Assembly (NCBI RefSeq): GCF_006345805.1
Contig: NC_043002.1
Coordinates: forward strand, 100,812,001-100,876,000
Reading direction: 5' to 3'
Origin: Octopus sinensis
Taxonomy: Eukaryota
Length of the DNA stretch: 64,000 nucleotides
Shown here: positions 40,321 to 53,132 of the stretch, piece by piece
Layout of the letters: each line of letters opens with the position of its first letter
Position numbering within the stretch: the first letter of the stretch is position 1
Notes under the pieces: generated by a model
The model's input: the letters and a program-made list of their open reading frames with translations, nothing else
Databases searched by the model: none
What the model was told of the DNA's origin: nothing
Made by a program: the position numbers and the translations under genes

Positions 40321-40749
40321 ATAATTCACTTAATAAAATCAGTTTCCATATTTCTTTTGCATTCTTTCTTTATAATTGTCATTTTACCTCTCTCTCTCTC
40401 TCTCTTTTTTTTTTTTTTTTACTCTGGTGAAGTCTTAGTAGTAGGCAATAGATAGTAGGTGGTAGTAGTCCTAAAAGAATATTTGATATGGAGTCTTGGT
40501 TTTCGTTGTTTAAGACAGCAAAGTAAATAATGATATCAAGAACAAAATGAGAAATTTAATAATGCTAATAGCACTATCTGGCAACCAAGCTAGATTGCAA
40601 CGGTGAAGGCTTTTCCAGAATGAAAGTGTTTCGTCCACTTGTGACAGTGATGTATTGTGACTCTCTATTAAAAGGGACAATACTTACACAGCATCATCGC
40701 AGATTCATATTTCTTAAATTCTAAGGAAACTTTTATGTAAAAAAAAAAG

Positions 40750-42125
40750 ACCAATACCACAATGCAGGAAGAAAACAGGGTCTTTAATGAAGATTAGGGA
40801 CTGCAGTATTAATTTGTACCTTGGAAAGTTAAGAAGGTTTGTTTTCTTTGTGATACTGCGATAACGACATTAACACTTAATGCTCATCAACTCTATACGA
40901 CTCATAAAGATAATAAATATTTCAATTTAGAGGAAGAGACACGAAATTTTGGTCTGCAAACATTTAAAGAATGGAAAACAAAAGCAAATACAGCTATTTC
41001 AGTCTGTGCCGAGATCTGAAAATTATGTCACAGAAGCAACTTGCACAGTTGCTATTATACTGAGGAAAAAAGGTAAGCCTTTCAGGGATGTGGGAATTGT
41101 GAAACAGTGTATTACTGAAGTCAAAGCATGCTCAAACTCCGATAAGATTTCAAACTATAAATAATTACCTCTTTCGAAGAGAACCATAACTGAACAGCAG
41201 TATAAGTTATCCCCCAATGTAACAGAACAAATTCACTCTTACGTATGTGCAGATGGTACTCCTTCCATGACTGGAAAACGTAAAAGATTTATTGCTTAGA
41301 TAAGTTGTATTAGATCCAGATGTTCTCATAAATTTTCCTCGTATATATCATCAGCAAAATTTACTTTTTTAACTATATTGTTAACTATATTCGTACCAAT
41401 GCAACAATGCTACGTTATTTACATAACGTGCTGCGGTTGGACAATGAAGTATTCGGTGTGCATTTGATGTATCTCTCTAGTGTGTTGACTTGCAAGGACG
41501 GGTATTAGAAAACTTTTTAACTTTATGGGGGCAGATAATAAAATTTATTAGGAACAGAATAAACAATGTGAATTATTAGATGAATATTTCTATACAAATA
41601 CTGTATTTCTTTGATATATCATGCCAAAGCAAAATGACTTGAATATTTGTTTGTAGGGTAAAACAAAATTTATGACGTGGCAAAAGTTCAAGCATTTCCG
41701 AAAAAAACTTTCTATTTTGAAAGATTTTTTCCTTTAAAATGAAATTTTAACTGTACACTTTCCTCATTTAGCTAAGGCTATTTATGACCACGAACATCCG
41801 CTTGAAACCGTTGATGAACATGCAGGTGTTCTGGATTAATTAAGTGAAGAATACTGTGAAAAGTTCACTGACTTGGCGGAAGATGATATTACACAGATAT
41901 TCAACCATATTGAGTTGATCCTTGCAATACTCACAAAGTGATGCAGGTGAAATTAATCGAGTTCTCAGAATATTACATCTTAAAGTCGCTATTTAACGTT
42001 AAAAAGGATCCAGTTGAAGTAAGGAAAAAGGTAGTAGAATACCCACGACTTTTTCAACATACGCAAAATTTGCTTTCTTGCGTCTCTATAACATATTGCT
42101 AATAATTTATATTTTCAAACTTAAA
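40750..42125 (+). mobile_element. hAT (Buster/SPIN-like) transposase remnant (left arm)
   Basis: Homologous to 4430-5950; LPLSKRTITEQ, VCADGTPSMTGKRKRF. Confidence 0.85.
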
Positions 42126-42134
42126 CATAACATA

Positions 42135-44017
42135 GGCCTTCTTTCTTTACGCGAAAGAAACAGCCTCAGTACGCGTAAAGATAGAACCCCTCTTCCAAAA
42201 GAATGGCTCCCTCACAGACAGTCCAACTAGGATCAGTGAGGTACTGAATGATCAGTTCAAAAGTGTCTTTACCTCTCCGTTGGAACACAGACAATTGAAC
42301 GAACCAGTGGACTTCTTTGCCGCTTCACATACAACCAGCGAGGCAATTACGATGGAATACATTGACATTAGTGAAGAAGATATACCACTAGCCATAGTCG
42401 AAGTGGACACAAACTCAACTGCTGGTCCTGATGGATTCCCAGCAATCCTGCTCAAATCGTGTAAGCATGCGCTGGCAAAACCCCACCAGATTCTCTTCCA
42501 GAGACAGCTAAGCAAGCTGAAGGAGGGAATAATATGCCCAATCCATAAAGGGGGAAGCAGAGCAGATGCCCAAAACTATAAGCCTATCTCTTTGACTTCA
42601 CACATCAGCAAAGTCATGGAACGGATAGTCAGAGGGAAAGTAATTGCATTCCTTGAAGAAAATAACTGAGATATACCCACCATGGCTTTCGACCAGGTAG
42701 GAGCTGCTTGACCCAGCTCTTACAACATTATGACTGGGTGTTGAGGTAGTTACTCAACAACTCAAGTATGGACGTAATATACCTTGATTTTGCAAAAGCT
42801 TTTGACAAGGTGGATCATGGTATGATATGCCACAAACTGCGTGATCTCGACATAGCTGGAGAACTTGGAGAGTGGTCACATGACTTTCTGAAAGAAAGAA
42901 GTCAGGTAGTAGTGGCTAACGGAGCCACTTCAACGAAAACACGAACAGTGAACGGTGTTCCACAAGGCACTGTCTTGGGACTGTCTTTAGAGTGGCTCTC
43001 TCAGATATGACCTGAAGAACCCAGATAGCCACCCCTGCAAGTTACGCAGACGATACGAAAGTCTCGCAGAAAATACAGAACCCCAGCGATGTTGCACATC
43101 TGCAGTAGGAGTTGGACCCAAGTTACAGATGGTCTGATGATAATATTATGCAGTTTAGTGCTGGAAAATTCCAAGCCCTGCGCTACCAGCGTCCAAAACT
43201 GAATATGAAACTTACAGGATACACTAGTACACAGGGAATTTCAATCCCAGAGCCTAAATCAGTGAGAGACCTGGGTATCCACATGAGTGATGATACCTCT
43301 TTCCAATTGAACATTACCAAGATGTCGAGAAAGTGCAGATGACTAGCTGGATGGATCCTGAGAACATTCAGAACCAGGGATATGAAAACCAAGATGGTCC
43401 TCTGGAGGACAGTCGTCCACAGTCGCCTGGATTACTGCTCACATCTATGGTCACCCAACAGCGTGAAATTAACAGCGGACCTTGAAGCAATCCAGAGAAT
43501 ATTCACAAAGAAGACCGTCCCTTTGCAACTGCTCAGGTACTGGGAAAGGCTGAAACAGCTAAGACTCTATTCCCTGGAGAGAAGGCGGGAGAGGTATGCA
43601 GTAATATACATCTGGAAGATCCTGGAAATGATTGTGCCAAATTTTGGCACTGAAAGCTACACCAATGCCAGAACGGGACGACACTGCTTAGTGCCAAAGA
43701 TCCCACCAACGCCATCGCGCTTCAGGAGCAGTTACAGCAACAGCCTGGGTTTCAAGGGCCCACAACTTTTTAATATTCTCCCAAAGAGGCTAATGAACCT
43801 GCACAAAGTAGATGTAGGCGTTTTTAAATCAAATCTGGAACTCTTCCTGTCGAGAGTCACAGATGAACCTACCTCACGGCAAGAGGTGCAAAAGAGGTTA
43901 GCTATATCAAACTCCATTCTTCACCATGTGCCACATATTGGAGGAGGCTCTACAGTAATAACACTGTAGCAAAACGACGGTGCATCAGCTTGGCTGCAGC
44001 TCTGAGCTGAAACTACA

Positions 44018-44020
<3 letters not shown>
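42135..44020 (+). mobile_element. CR1/L2-group LINE RT, 5'-truncated (left arm)
   Basis: TAGPDGFPAILLK, NYKPISLTSHISKVMERIV, DVIYLDFAKAFDKVDH, GVPQGTVLG, YADDT, SRLDYCS; frameshifted. Confidence 0.92.
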
Positions 44021-44067
<47 letters not shown>

Positions 44068-44101
44068 TGTAGTTTCAGCTCAGAGCTGCGGCCAAGCTGA
44101 T
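43984..44101. repeat. Short fold-back palindrome of the LINE 3' end around (TA)n
   Basis: atcagcttggctgcagctctgagctgaaactacagaa-(TA)n-ttctgtagtttcagctcagagctgcggccaagctgat; 37-bp arms with 1 mismatch; mirrored at 59812-59932. Confidence 0.95.
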
Positions 44102-44305
44102 TGGTAAATGTTTTTGATTTTCACTCTCGATAAATTTATCCCTTTTTTGTGTCCCTAGCACTTGGCATCCTTATTTAGGAGCCCTTAATTATATTTCTAC
44201 ATGAATAATATTTTTCTATATGAATAATATTTTGTCTAATGACTAATTCGTCCTTTGTGCTGGGCCACTGGTAGTAATCTATATTATTACCCTTTTGATT
44301 ATATT

Positions 44306-44392
<87 letters not shown>

Positions 44393-44959
44393 TATGTATG
44401 CATGTATGCATGTATGTGTGTATGTATGTATGTAAGCATGTATATACTTACTTGGAAATGGATACGTTGCGTTCAATTAAATAAAATTATAAGTAATATA
44501 TATATATGTGTGTGTGTGTGTGTATGTGTGTACATATATGGGTACAGGACGTAACCAACAGTAAACAACATGAATTCCGAAAACAAATGAATAAAATAAG
44601 CAAATAACGAGTGAAAAAAGGACAAATAATACAAAGAATGTTCTTCATCAGTTGTCGGATGTCTATCTACTCCCCATTTCGAGTAATAAATGACAATATG
44701 AGACTTCGAAGACAGTTGCTTCCATAAATACCAAAATATAATTTTGCAATTTACGGAGGGCCAAAGTTAGCGAAAAAAAAACAGGATAATGGAGGGAAAC
44801 CGCCAAATTATAGCGTTCTTTATCCTAGGACACGCAATGTCAGTAACTGAGTAGATATTCTTTATGATAAAAGAGTGTAAAACTCCTTCGCTGCTCAAAA
44901 ACAAATACAAAAATAATGTTATTTCCTCTTCTTAATAATATTGTTATGTCTCCTTCACC

Positions 44960-46034
44960 TAATCAACAATGTTATTTCTTCTTCTTCAAACTAAGAACCT
45001 TCCCAATATTGTTGGTTGTAACTTTCTTCTACGGTGGATATTTTCTTATCCGTAAAAAGCATGTTTCTATGAGCACCGTCAGTGTACCGGAGAAGAAGCT
45101 GTTTAGATCATGTCGTTCTGCTCACTTTCAGTGAAGGAGCTAACATGCCCTGTACATCGACGATAGGCACTCACCACTAGATCTTAAATAGATAAATAAA
45201 TAAATAAGTAAATAAAGAGAAACTTTCTGCGTTTGAGCTATCTCCGTATAACTGTTCTGCGCTTTTAAGGCAGCGATTACAGCGTACCCTTTCAATTGCT
45301 GTGATACCCTTGTGTCTGACATTATTTATTTGAAATGTAAGGTTTTAAAAAACTGAATGAGCAAGAAAATTAAAGCTCTTGAACCACGTGACGTCAAAAA
45401 CCCGACGTAGATGTATATATGTGCATATCTGTCTATCTATCGATCAATCACTCTACGATATTATCTTTTCTGTCGTGTGGATCGGGGCACCCTTTATTTA
45501 TTCACTTTATTAACTTCAGGTGCAGAAGAAGAAACCGTTGTTTTCACTTCTCTACGAGCCATAAAATATCTTTAGTTCTCAGCAAGTATTTTATAAATTG
45601 TCATTCTTATCCACTTCAGGTTTGGCACTGAGATATATTGTCAGCAGCTGTTTATTAGTATTGAAGATCTTACATTCAGTTATAGATACTCATTGTGTTC
45701 GCAGTCTTCATTCTTTTAAATTTCTTCACAGCTTTGTCCTTTTCGTATACGTAAGTGAACTTCTAAAATTATCTTATTTTTTAATGGAATTCGTATGAAA
45801 TATTTAAATGTTTGTTTTGCTTTATAACTCAGATATGATTTAAAAAATTGAATTTTTTCGTCAATGTGTTCATGTAGTACATAAATTTGGAAACGTGTCT
45901 AATATAAAGTTACCTGGAGGTTTGTTGATTTTATTTTATTGGTAAAGAACAAAATATATGGTCTAAATCTAAAATAATTGTATTTTCTGTTTTTGGGTGT
46001 GAATATGTCCTACTTATCTATGTATATATCTATC

Positions 46035-46040
<6 letters not shown>
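44960..46040 (-). mobile_element. Tc1/mariner-type transposase relic (left arm; mirror about 57875-58960 +)
   Basis: MSDTRVSQQLKGYAVIAALKAQNSYTEIAQ (HTH start) and NMLFTDKKISTVEESYNQQ (first catalytic motif, decayed). Confidence 0.65.
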
Positions 46041-46084
<44 letters not shown>

Positions 46085-46087
<3 letters not shown>

Positions 46088-46731
46088 TAAGCAACAAGAT
46101 ATCAAGTAGTGATGCAGTACGACCGTTCCAAGCGGCTCCATTTAATTCAGCAATGTAATCATTATATTGTTTTGTCTAAGGCATGATACAACCATAGAAT
46201 TAATTTTTTAACACAGAAAATATAACGCCTACTAATAATATAAATAATTAGAGGGAGAATACAGGCTTACTTGGTCGGGGAAACAGATCTACTATGAAAG
46301 CATCCGCCAAACCCATCAATTTAAATAATGAGATAAGTAACAATTACAAATTAGATACTATAACGAGTAGGAATAATAGTTTGTATAATAATTGTAGTGA
46401 GGCGGTTGAGCGGATTATGCCACCATCTAATGATAAGAAAAATTCTGATAGTATAGCCAAACCTAATAATCAAGTCACGAGTTTGGAAGGTGGTGAAAGA
46501 GGAAGTAGATTCGGTCTTTATATACGAAAGAGAACTGAAAATAAGGATTTGGTCTGGTTTAATGTTCCATTCAACTGTGCCATATCCACCAACATATATA
46601 AGGAATTTATGGAAATTTTGGAGAAAAAAAACTTCCCTGTTTCCTATAGATATAATAGAATATTTTCCGTAAGACAGTTAGAATATTGTATTCTATCCTC
46701 CTCAATATAGGTACCATCATATAGTTAAACA

Positions 46732-46735
<4 letters not shown>
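46085..46735 (+). mobile_element. Penelope-like fragment (RT-EN linker), interrupted by (AAT)n and Dong (mirror about 57175-57830 -)
   Basis: LVWFNVPFNCAISTNIYKEFMEILEKKNFP...IFSRKTVRILYS matches the WFNPP...KxSYSC linker of PLEs. Confidence 0.65.
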
Positions 46736-46779
<44 letters not shown>

Positions 46780-46827
46780 TAATAATAATAATAATAATGA
46801 TAATAATAACAATAATAATAATGATAA

Positions 46828-47700
46828 TTGGCACTGTCACCTCTATCTGATATGCTAAATAGAACTGGATGCGGATATAAATGTTACGGCAAAACGATCA
46901 GCCACCTTTTATATATGGATGAACTAAAACTATACGCTGCAAACGACAAACAGCTGGAAACACTATTAAAGAGAGTTTATAGATTTACCAAAGAAATAGA
47001 TATGAAATTTGGATTACAAAAATGCGCCAAAGTAACCATCAAAAGAGGAAAACTGGTTAAGAGTAGCAACATCACACTAGATAAAACCAATGAAATAAAA
47101 TAATTAGACCAAAACCAAACTTACAAATACTTAGGAATCCATGAACTAGATAAGACACAACACACAAAAATGAAAGAGAAAATAAAAAAAGAATATTATA
47201 GACGAGTTAGATCAATACTAAAAACAGAGCTCAATGCTAAAAACAAGATAATAGGTATTAATACTTTAGCTGTCCCAGTTATAAGTTACAGCTACAATAT
47301 CCTTAACTGGACACTAAATGAACTGACCAAAATAGATAGGAAAACAAGAAAAATAATGACAGGATCTAGGATGCATCACCCAAAATCTGACATAGAAAGA
47401 CTATATATACAACGTATAGAAGGTGGTAGAGGCCTTATACAGCTGGAAAACTACTATAAAATAACCACCATAGAACCGCAAAAATATCTACTTCAGAAGG
47501 AAGGAAAACTGATACAAATAGCGGCAAAACACGAGCAAAACGAAAAATTGTTCTCAGTATTTAAGGAAGCTGACAAATACAAACAAGAAATCATACCACC
47601 TAATAAATATGAAGAAGAAGAAGAAGAAGAAGAAGAAGAAGAAGAAGAAGAAGAAGAAGAAGAAGAAGAAGAAGAAGAAGAAGAAGAAGAAGAAGAAGAA

Positions 47701-47731
<31 letters not shown>

Positions 47732-48680
47732 ATTATGATGAAGAAGCAACAAAAGCTATAAAACAAATGAAATCCAAACTAAAAATAGAACAGCAACGAA
47801 CCATGATAAAACGATGGCAAGAAAAGCCCCTTCATGGTAAATACTGGACTAAACTAAACGCAAAAGAAATAGACAAGAAAAATCCCAGCAATGGTTGAGA
47901 AGCTCAGGACTCAAAGCAGAGACAGAGGGATTTTTAATTGCAGCACAAGACCAAAGCCTCCCCACCAGAAATTACCAAAAACATGTAATGAAAAGAAATA
48001 TAACAAGTAACTGCAGAATATGTGGAGATGGACAAGAAACAATAAATCATATTATCTCTGGCTGCCCAGTCTTGGCTAAGAAGGAATATATTCACAGACA
48101 TGACAGAGTTGGAACCTACATACACTGGAAGCTATGCCAACATTATGGAATAACAACAGAAAAAAGATGGTATAGGCACACGCCAGAAAAGGTCACAGAA
48201 AACGAGAAAGCAACTATGTTCTGGGATATGCCAATACACACAGATAGAGAAATTAAGGCAACAGACCAGATATAGTTGTCAGAGATCATGAAGAAAAAAA
48301 TGCTTTCTAATTGATGTATCAATACCAGCAGATGACCACGTGTCTCTAAAAGAAATGGAGAAACTTTCAAAATACAAAGACCTGGAAATAGAGGTAACCA
48401 GAATGTGGAATCTGAAAACAGAAACAATTCCTATCATAGTAGGTGCATTAGGCATGATAAAAAAATATTCAGACAAATACATAACAAAAACACCAGGACT
48501 TACAAACACATATAACATACAGAAAATTGCACTACTAGGCACTGCACACATCCTACGCAGAACACTTTCCATACAATAACCATCAGAGTATCACAACAAA
48601 TCACAGCACATACCTATGGCACACAGAGCTGCGATCGGTAGTGAAGTGAAAGCACGCTATAAAAATAAAGCTACTGAATG
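46828..48680 (+). mobile_element. R4/Dong-clade non-LTR retrotransposon, 5'-truncated and young, inserted in (AAT)n (left arm)
   Basis: HLLYMDELKLY, FGLQKC, HPKSDIERLY..GGRGL, CCHC finger CRICGDGQETINHIISGC, RLE motif RPDIVV..LIDVSIP..EKLSKYKDLE; (AAT)n at 46737-46827 and 48681-48770; in-frame (GAA)n at about 47611-47731. Confidence 0.92.
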
Positions 48681-50706
48681 ATAATAATAATAATAATAAT
48701 ATAATAATAATAATAAATAATAATAATAATAATATATAATAATAATAATAATATAATAATAATAATAATAGTGTTGTCAACACTAGTTTAAACCACTAAA
48801 ATGATGATAATATTAATGGAAGTGGGGGAATTAGAAAAAACAGTCCTAACATATCTAATATGTACAATATAGACGGTGACGTCGAAGTTTATACTAGCAC
48901 AAGTATTTCTGATACAATGCCTTTTGAAGGAAATATAAATAATAACAACAATAATAACACAGATTATAGTAGTAGTAATAGTAATAATAATTATAATAAT
49001 AATAATAACAAAAACGACGATAGGAATGATGATATGTGGTATGCTATATATAATACTACCCCATGATAGACCCTGCCTATCACAGTATTTTTCTTTCTAT
49101 GATGTTCTGCCCTTCTGTTCATATTACGTATATTTGCAGTGACTTCATGTACGTCACCTTTCGACTAAATCATATACATCTTAGAGACTACAAAATCATA
49201 CACTCAATAGCATCTGTAACATTACAACTTATATAATCTCTTCGGTCTGAATACCTTTAATTGCCCTCACTACTTCAATGCCTATTACCCCCTATTTTCG
49301 GGTTACCTTTATCTCTTCTCTATCTCTAATCTTAATACTCTTTATATGTATGTTATATGGCTTTCTATTATTTTCTATAAATTCTTATTTTGTTTTCATA
49401 TTTTGAGATCCTTACTTATTAACCTCTTATCACCTATAAATTGTTATTTTTCTTGTTCTTAAATATATATTTTTCAGTTACTTAAGTTCATGCAAGATGG
49501 TTATACTATATCCATATAAACGTATAGATATTTATGTACGTGTATATATGCATATATACACATATATAAATGTGTGCGAATATGTATGCATCTTCACTAT
49601 TTTTCTGATTCATAGTTTAAAATTAATAGATAGCATGTATATTTGTCCAGTTATTCGATAGGTAAATGCCCTGAGCGGTCTTTATAGAAACCACCTAATA
49701 AGAAATTAATTAAGTACATGAATGAATATTAAACTGATTCTACGTAATCTTTCCGTTCTAATGTTTAGAATTCATATATACACACCCTTTACCAATTTCA
49801 TTTATGATATCATTTTTGAAATTCTGAAATTTATTTTTATACAACATAACAATATTGTATATAACCAATCATCCATAGTGTCCCAAAATATAATTTCCTC
49901 TGTATTAAGATCTTAATTTTCCTAGTGTCTTACCTCTTTAACTGGTAATTAACACCATAATTTAATGTCTACCACTACCCTGCCTCTTTTCATAGACAGT
50001 TACTTATATTTAACTTGCAACTTCTAATGTCTTATTTCCTCCCTCCGGAAAAGGGATACATATGATAATATTTATGACCTTAACTAGCCATTAGCTGTCA
50101 GCGCACCGTTGCCCTTTATTCAAAATAGACACAGTTTCTAGTCTTAGATTTAGTAGATGATAAATACATAAATGACCCCACTTGACTACATGCTATTCTT
50201 AGAAGTGTACTTCATTCTTAGCTACAATTTCTTCCATCTTCTTCCTCTGTTAAAATATTTGAGAATAATTATATGAATGTCTTACTATGTATTTGTGGAG
50301 TTGAATATGCCACTGCATTTAAATTAATGTAATGATTGCATTGTTCAAATAAATGGATCCATTTGAAACGGCCGTACTGATTCACTAATTGATATCCTGT
50401 TGCTTATTTTGATTTTATTCACTTTCGAGCTGTGTGCGGATAATACTGGACTAACTTGGTGATTCAACTTAAGTCAAGTATATATATATTATCAATAGTA
50501 ATAAAGGGTGAAATTAATTAATTAATCAATAATTAATAATTCTACCAAGTAGTTCGGTATGTTAAAAGAACCATTATTGGTAAACTTAAACAAAAAATTA
50601 ATGATTATGAGTATAATTATAATTAGGGTTCAGCAAAAATAATTATACTCATAATTATAAAATATATATATATATATACTTTATTTTAAGCAGCAGGAAA
50701 TTCAAC

Positions 50707-50754
50707 AAAATCTGTTACTCTGAGTTTCTCGTTGCCGTTCATCAGACAGTTTTT
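50707..50754 (-). ncRNA. Minimal type I hammerhead-like motif (left arm)
   Basis: Minus strand: aaaaactgt CTGATGA a-cg-GCAA-cg-a GAAA ctcagag TA acagatttt. Cores are intact; the stem II closing pair is an A:A mismatch. Confidence 0.6.
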
Positions 50755-53084
50755 GCTAGAATGGAACCGATATATCAATTCAATCTAGACTCTTACAAAC
50801 GCTACACCTTTAAAAAGAAATGGACTTGTTTGATTGGCCCTTTAGAAAAAAAATGGTCAATCTTCGAGCGATAAACAAAAAGGTCAAAAAATATATGTAT
50901 ATATATATAAAAAATCTTATAAAAAATTATAAAATCCGAGGAAAAAACCTTACATTGAATAAAATACATATTGACGTTAATGAAGAAAGTATAAATTATT
51001 TCATAGAAATTAAACCTGTTATAAATATTACACTGCAATACATATTTTTATTAAAATGCGCATATATATATCAACATACACAAAAGGATGCGCGCAAACG
51101 CCATACATATACAGACGTATGAATATAAATCTAAATATACACATAAATGCATGTGTACATATATTCACGCAAACCATCTCGCACGCAAGTTAAAAATGAT
51201 CTATGTAGCGATTCTCATATATTGAGTAAGGGGGGAACGAAAGAAAGGAAGAGAGAGAAAAAGGAACGAAGAGGGGTGGGGAAAAAAACGAAATAAGAAA
51301 AAATTATGTATACAAGCTGTGTAACGGCATTATTGGCATATATGGAGACAAGTATAAACACAAGTTCGAATGGATACATACACATAGTCGTGTATATGTG
51401 TGCTTAAGCACAAACATACTCTCACTTACACATACACAGATACGCATGCTTACAAATACATATCCTCGGCTATACACATACTTACATCAACATTCTAATT
51501 TTGACAACATTGCTTTTTTAAAAAAAACATTGCTTTTTTAAAAAGAATGGGTGCATTAATAAAAATATATACGAAAGACAAATAAAATAAAATATAACAC
51601 CCTATTTTGGATCATTTATAAATAATCAAGGTAATATAAATAATCAAGGTAATCCTATACAATACAATAACATGAAAACAAAGTTGAAGGTTTTTCCTGA
51701 TGTATATGTAGAAACATAAGACTTTGCTATACGGATTAAGATCCGCATAGCTTGGAAACAAAATCCATCGTAGCGCTCATCGTTCAAGAGTCAAAATCAA
51801 AATTTCAAAAATCAAAAATACAAAATATATACTCTATCCATATGGTATATTTATATTCGACATTTTAAATTTAGCCGCGTGCCTACATAAGTTCATTAGC
51901 TCATATATATATATATATATATTATATATGATATATATATATATACTTAATAACTCTGTAGGCCGCGGCTAAATTTAAAATGTCGAATATAAATAGACCA
52001 TATGGATAGAGTATATATTTTGTATTTTTGATTCTTGAAATTTTTGATTTTGACTCTTGAACGATGAGCGCTACGATGGATTTGTTTCCAAGCTATGCGG
52101 ATCTTAATCCGTATAGCAAGTCTTATGTTTCTACATATACTCAGCAGAAAACCTTCACTTTGTTTTCATGTTATTGTATTGTTATAGGATTACCTTGATT
52201 ATTTATATTACCTGATTATTTATAATGATCCAATAGGGTGTTATTTTTATTTTATATGTCTTTCGTATATATTTTTATTAATGCACCCATTCTTTTTAAA
52301 AAAAGCAATGTTTTTTTTTAAAAAAGCATGTTGTCAAAATTAGAATGTTGATGTAAGTATGTGTATAGCCGAGGATATGTATTTTAAGCATGCGTATCTG
52401 TGTATGTGTAATGGAGAGTATTTGTGCTTAAGCCACATATACACGCTGTATGTGTATGTATCCATTCGAACTTGTGTTTATACTTGTCTCCATATATGCC
52501 AATAATGCCGTTACAAACAGCTTGTATACATAATTTTTTTCTTATTTCGTTTTTTCCCCACCCTCCTTCGTTCCTTTTTCTCTCACTTCCTTTCTTTCGT
52601 TCCCCCCCCCCTACTCAATATATGAGAATCGCTACATAGATCATTTTTAACTTGCGTGCGAGATGGTTTGCGTGAATATATGTACACATGCATTTATGTG
52701 TATATTTAGATTTATATTCATACGTCTGTATATGTATGGCGTTTGCGCGCATCCTTTTGTGTATGTTGATATATATATGCACATTTTAATAAAAATATGT
52801 ATTGCAGTGTAATATTTATAACAGGTTTAATTTCTATGAAATAATTTATACTTTCTTCATTAACGTCAATATGTATTTTTATTCAATGTAAGGTTTTTTC
52901 CTCGGATTTTATAAATTTTTTATAAGATTTTTTATATATATACATATATTTTTTGACCTTTTTGTTTTATCGCTCGAAGATGACCGTTTTTTTTCTAAAG
53001 GGCCAATCAAACAAGTCCATTTCTTTTTAAAGGTGTAGCGTTGTAAGAGTCTAGATTGAATTGATATATCGGTTCCATTCTAGC

Positions 53085-53132
53085 AAAAACTGTCTGATGA
53101 ACGGCAACGAGAAACTCAGAGTAACAGATTTT
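53085..53132 (+). ncRNA. Minimal type I hammerhead-like motif (right-arm mirror)
   Basis: Identical to the reverse complement of 50707-50754. Confidence 0.6.

Noticed and set aside
44630-44720. Hammerhead around CTGATGAAG / CGAAAT on the minus strand (mirror about 59190-59280)
   Set aside because: The core boxes are present, but I could not form credible stems I and III in any topology.
46294-46710. Asn-rich ORFs (also 48860-49066) as host genes
   Set aside because: Low-complexity sequence attached to a PLE linker motif and (AAT)n; no splice or domain support.
51895-51950. Sequencing adapter at the palindrome apex
   Set aside because: No SMRTbell-like or other adapter sequence is visible, only interrupted (TA)n. 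This does not rule out an adapter-free fold-back chimera.
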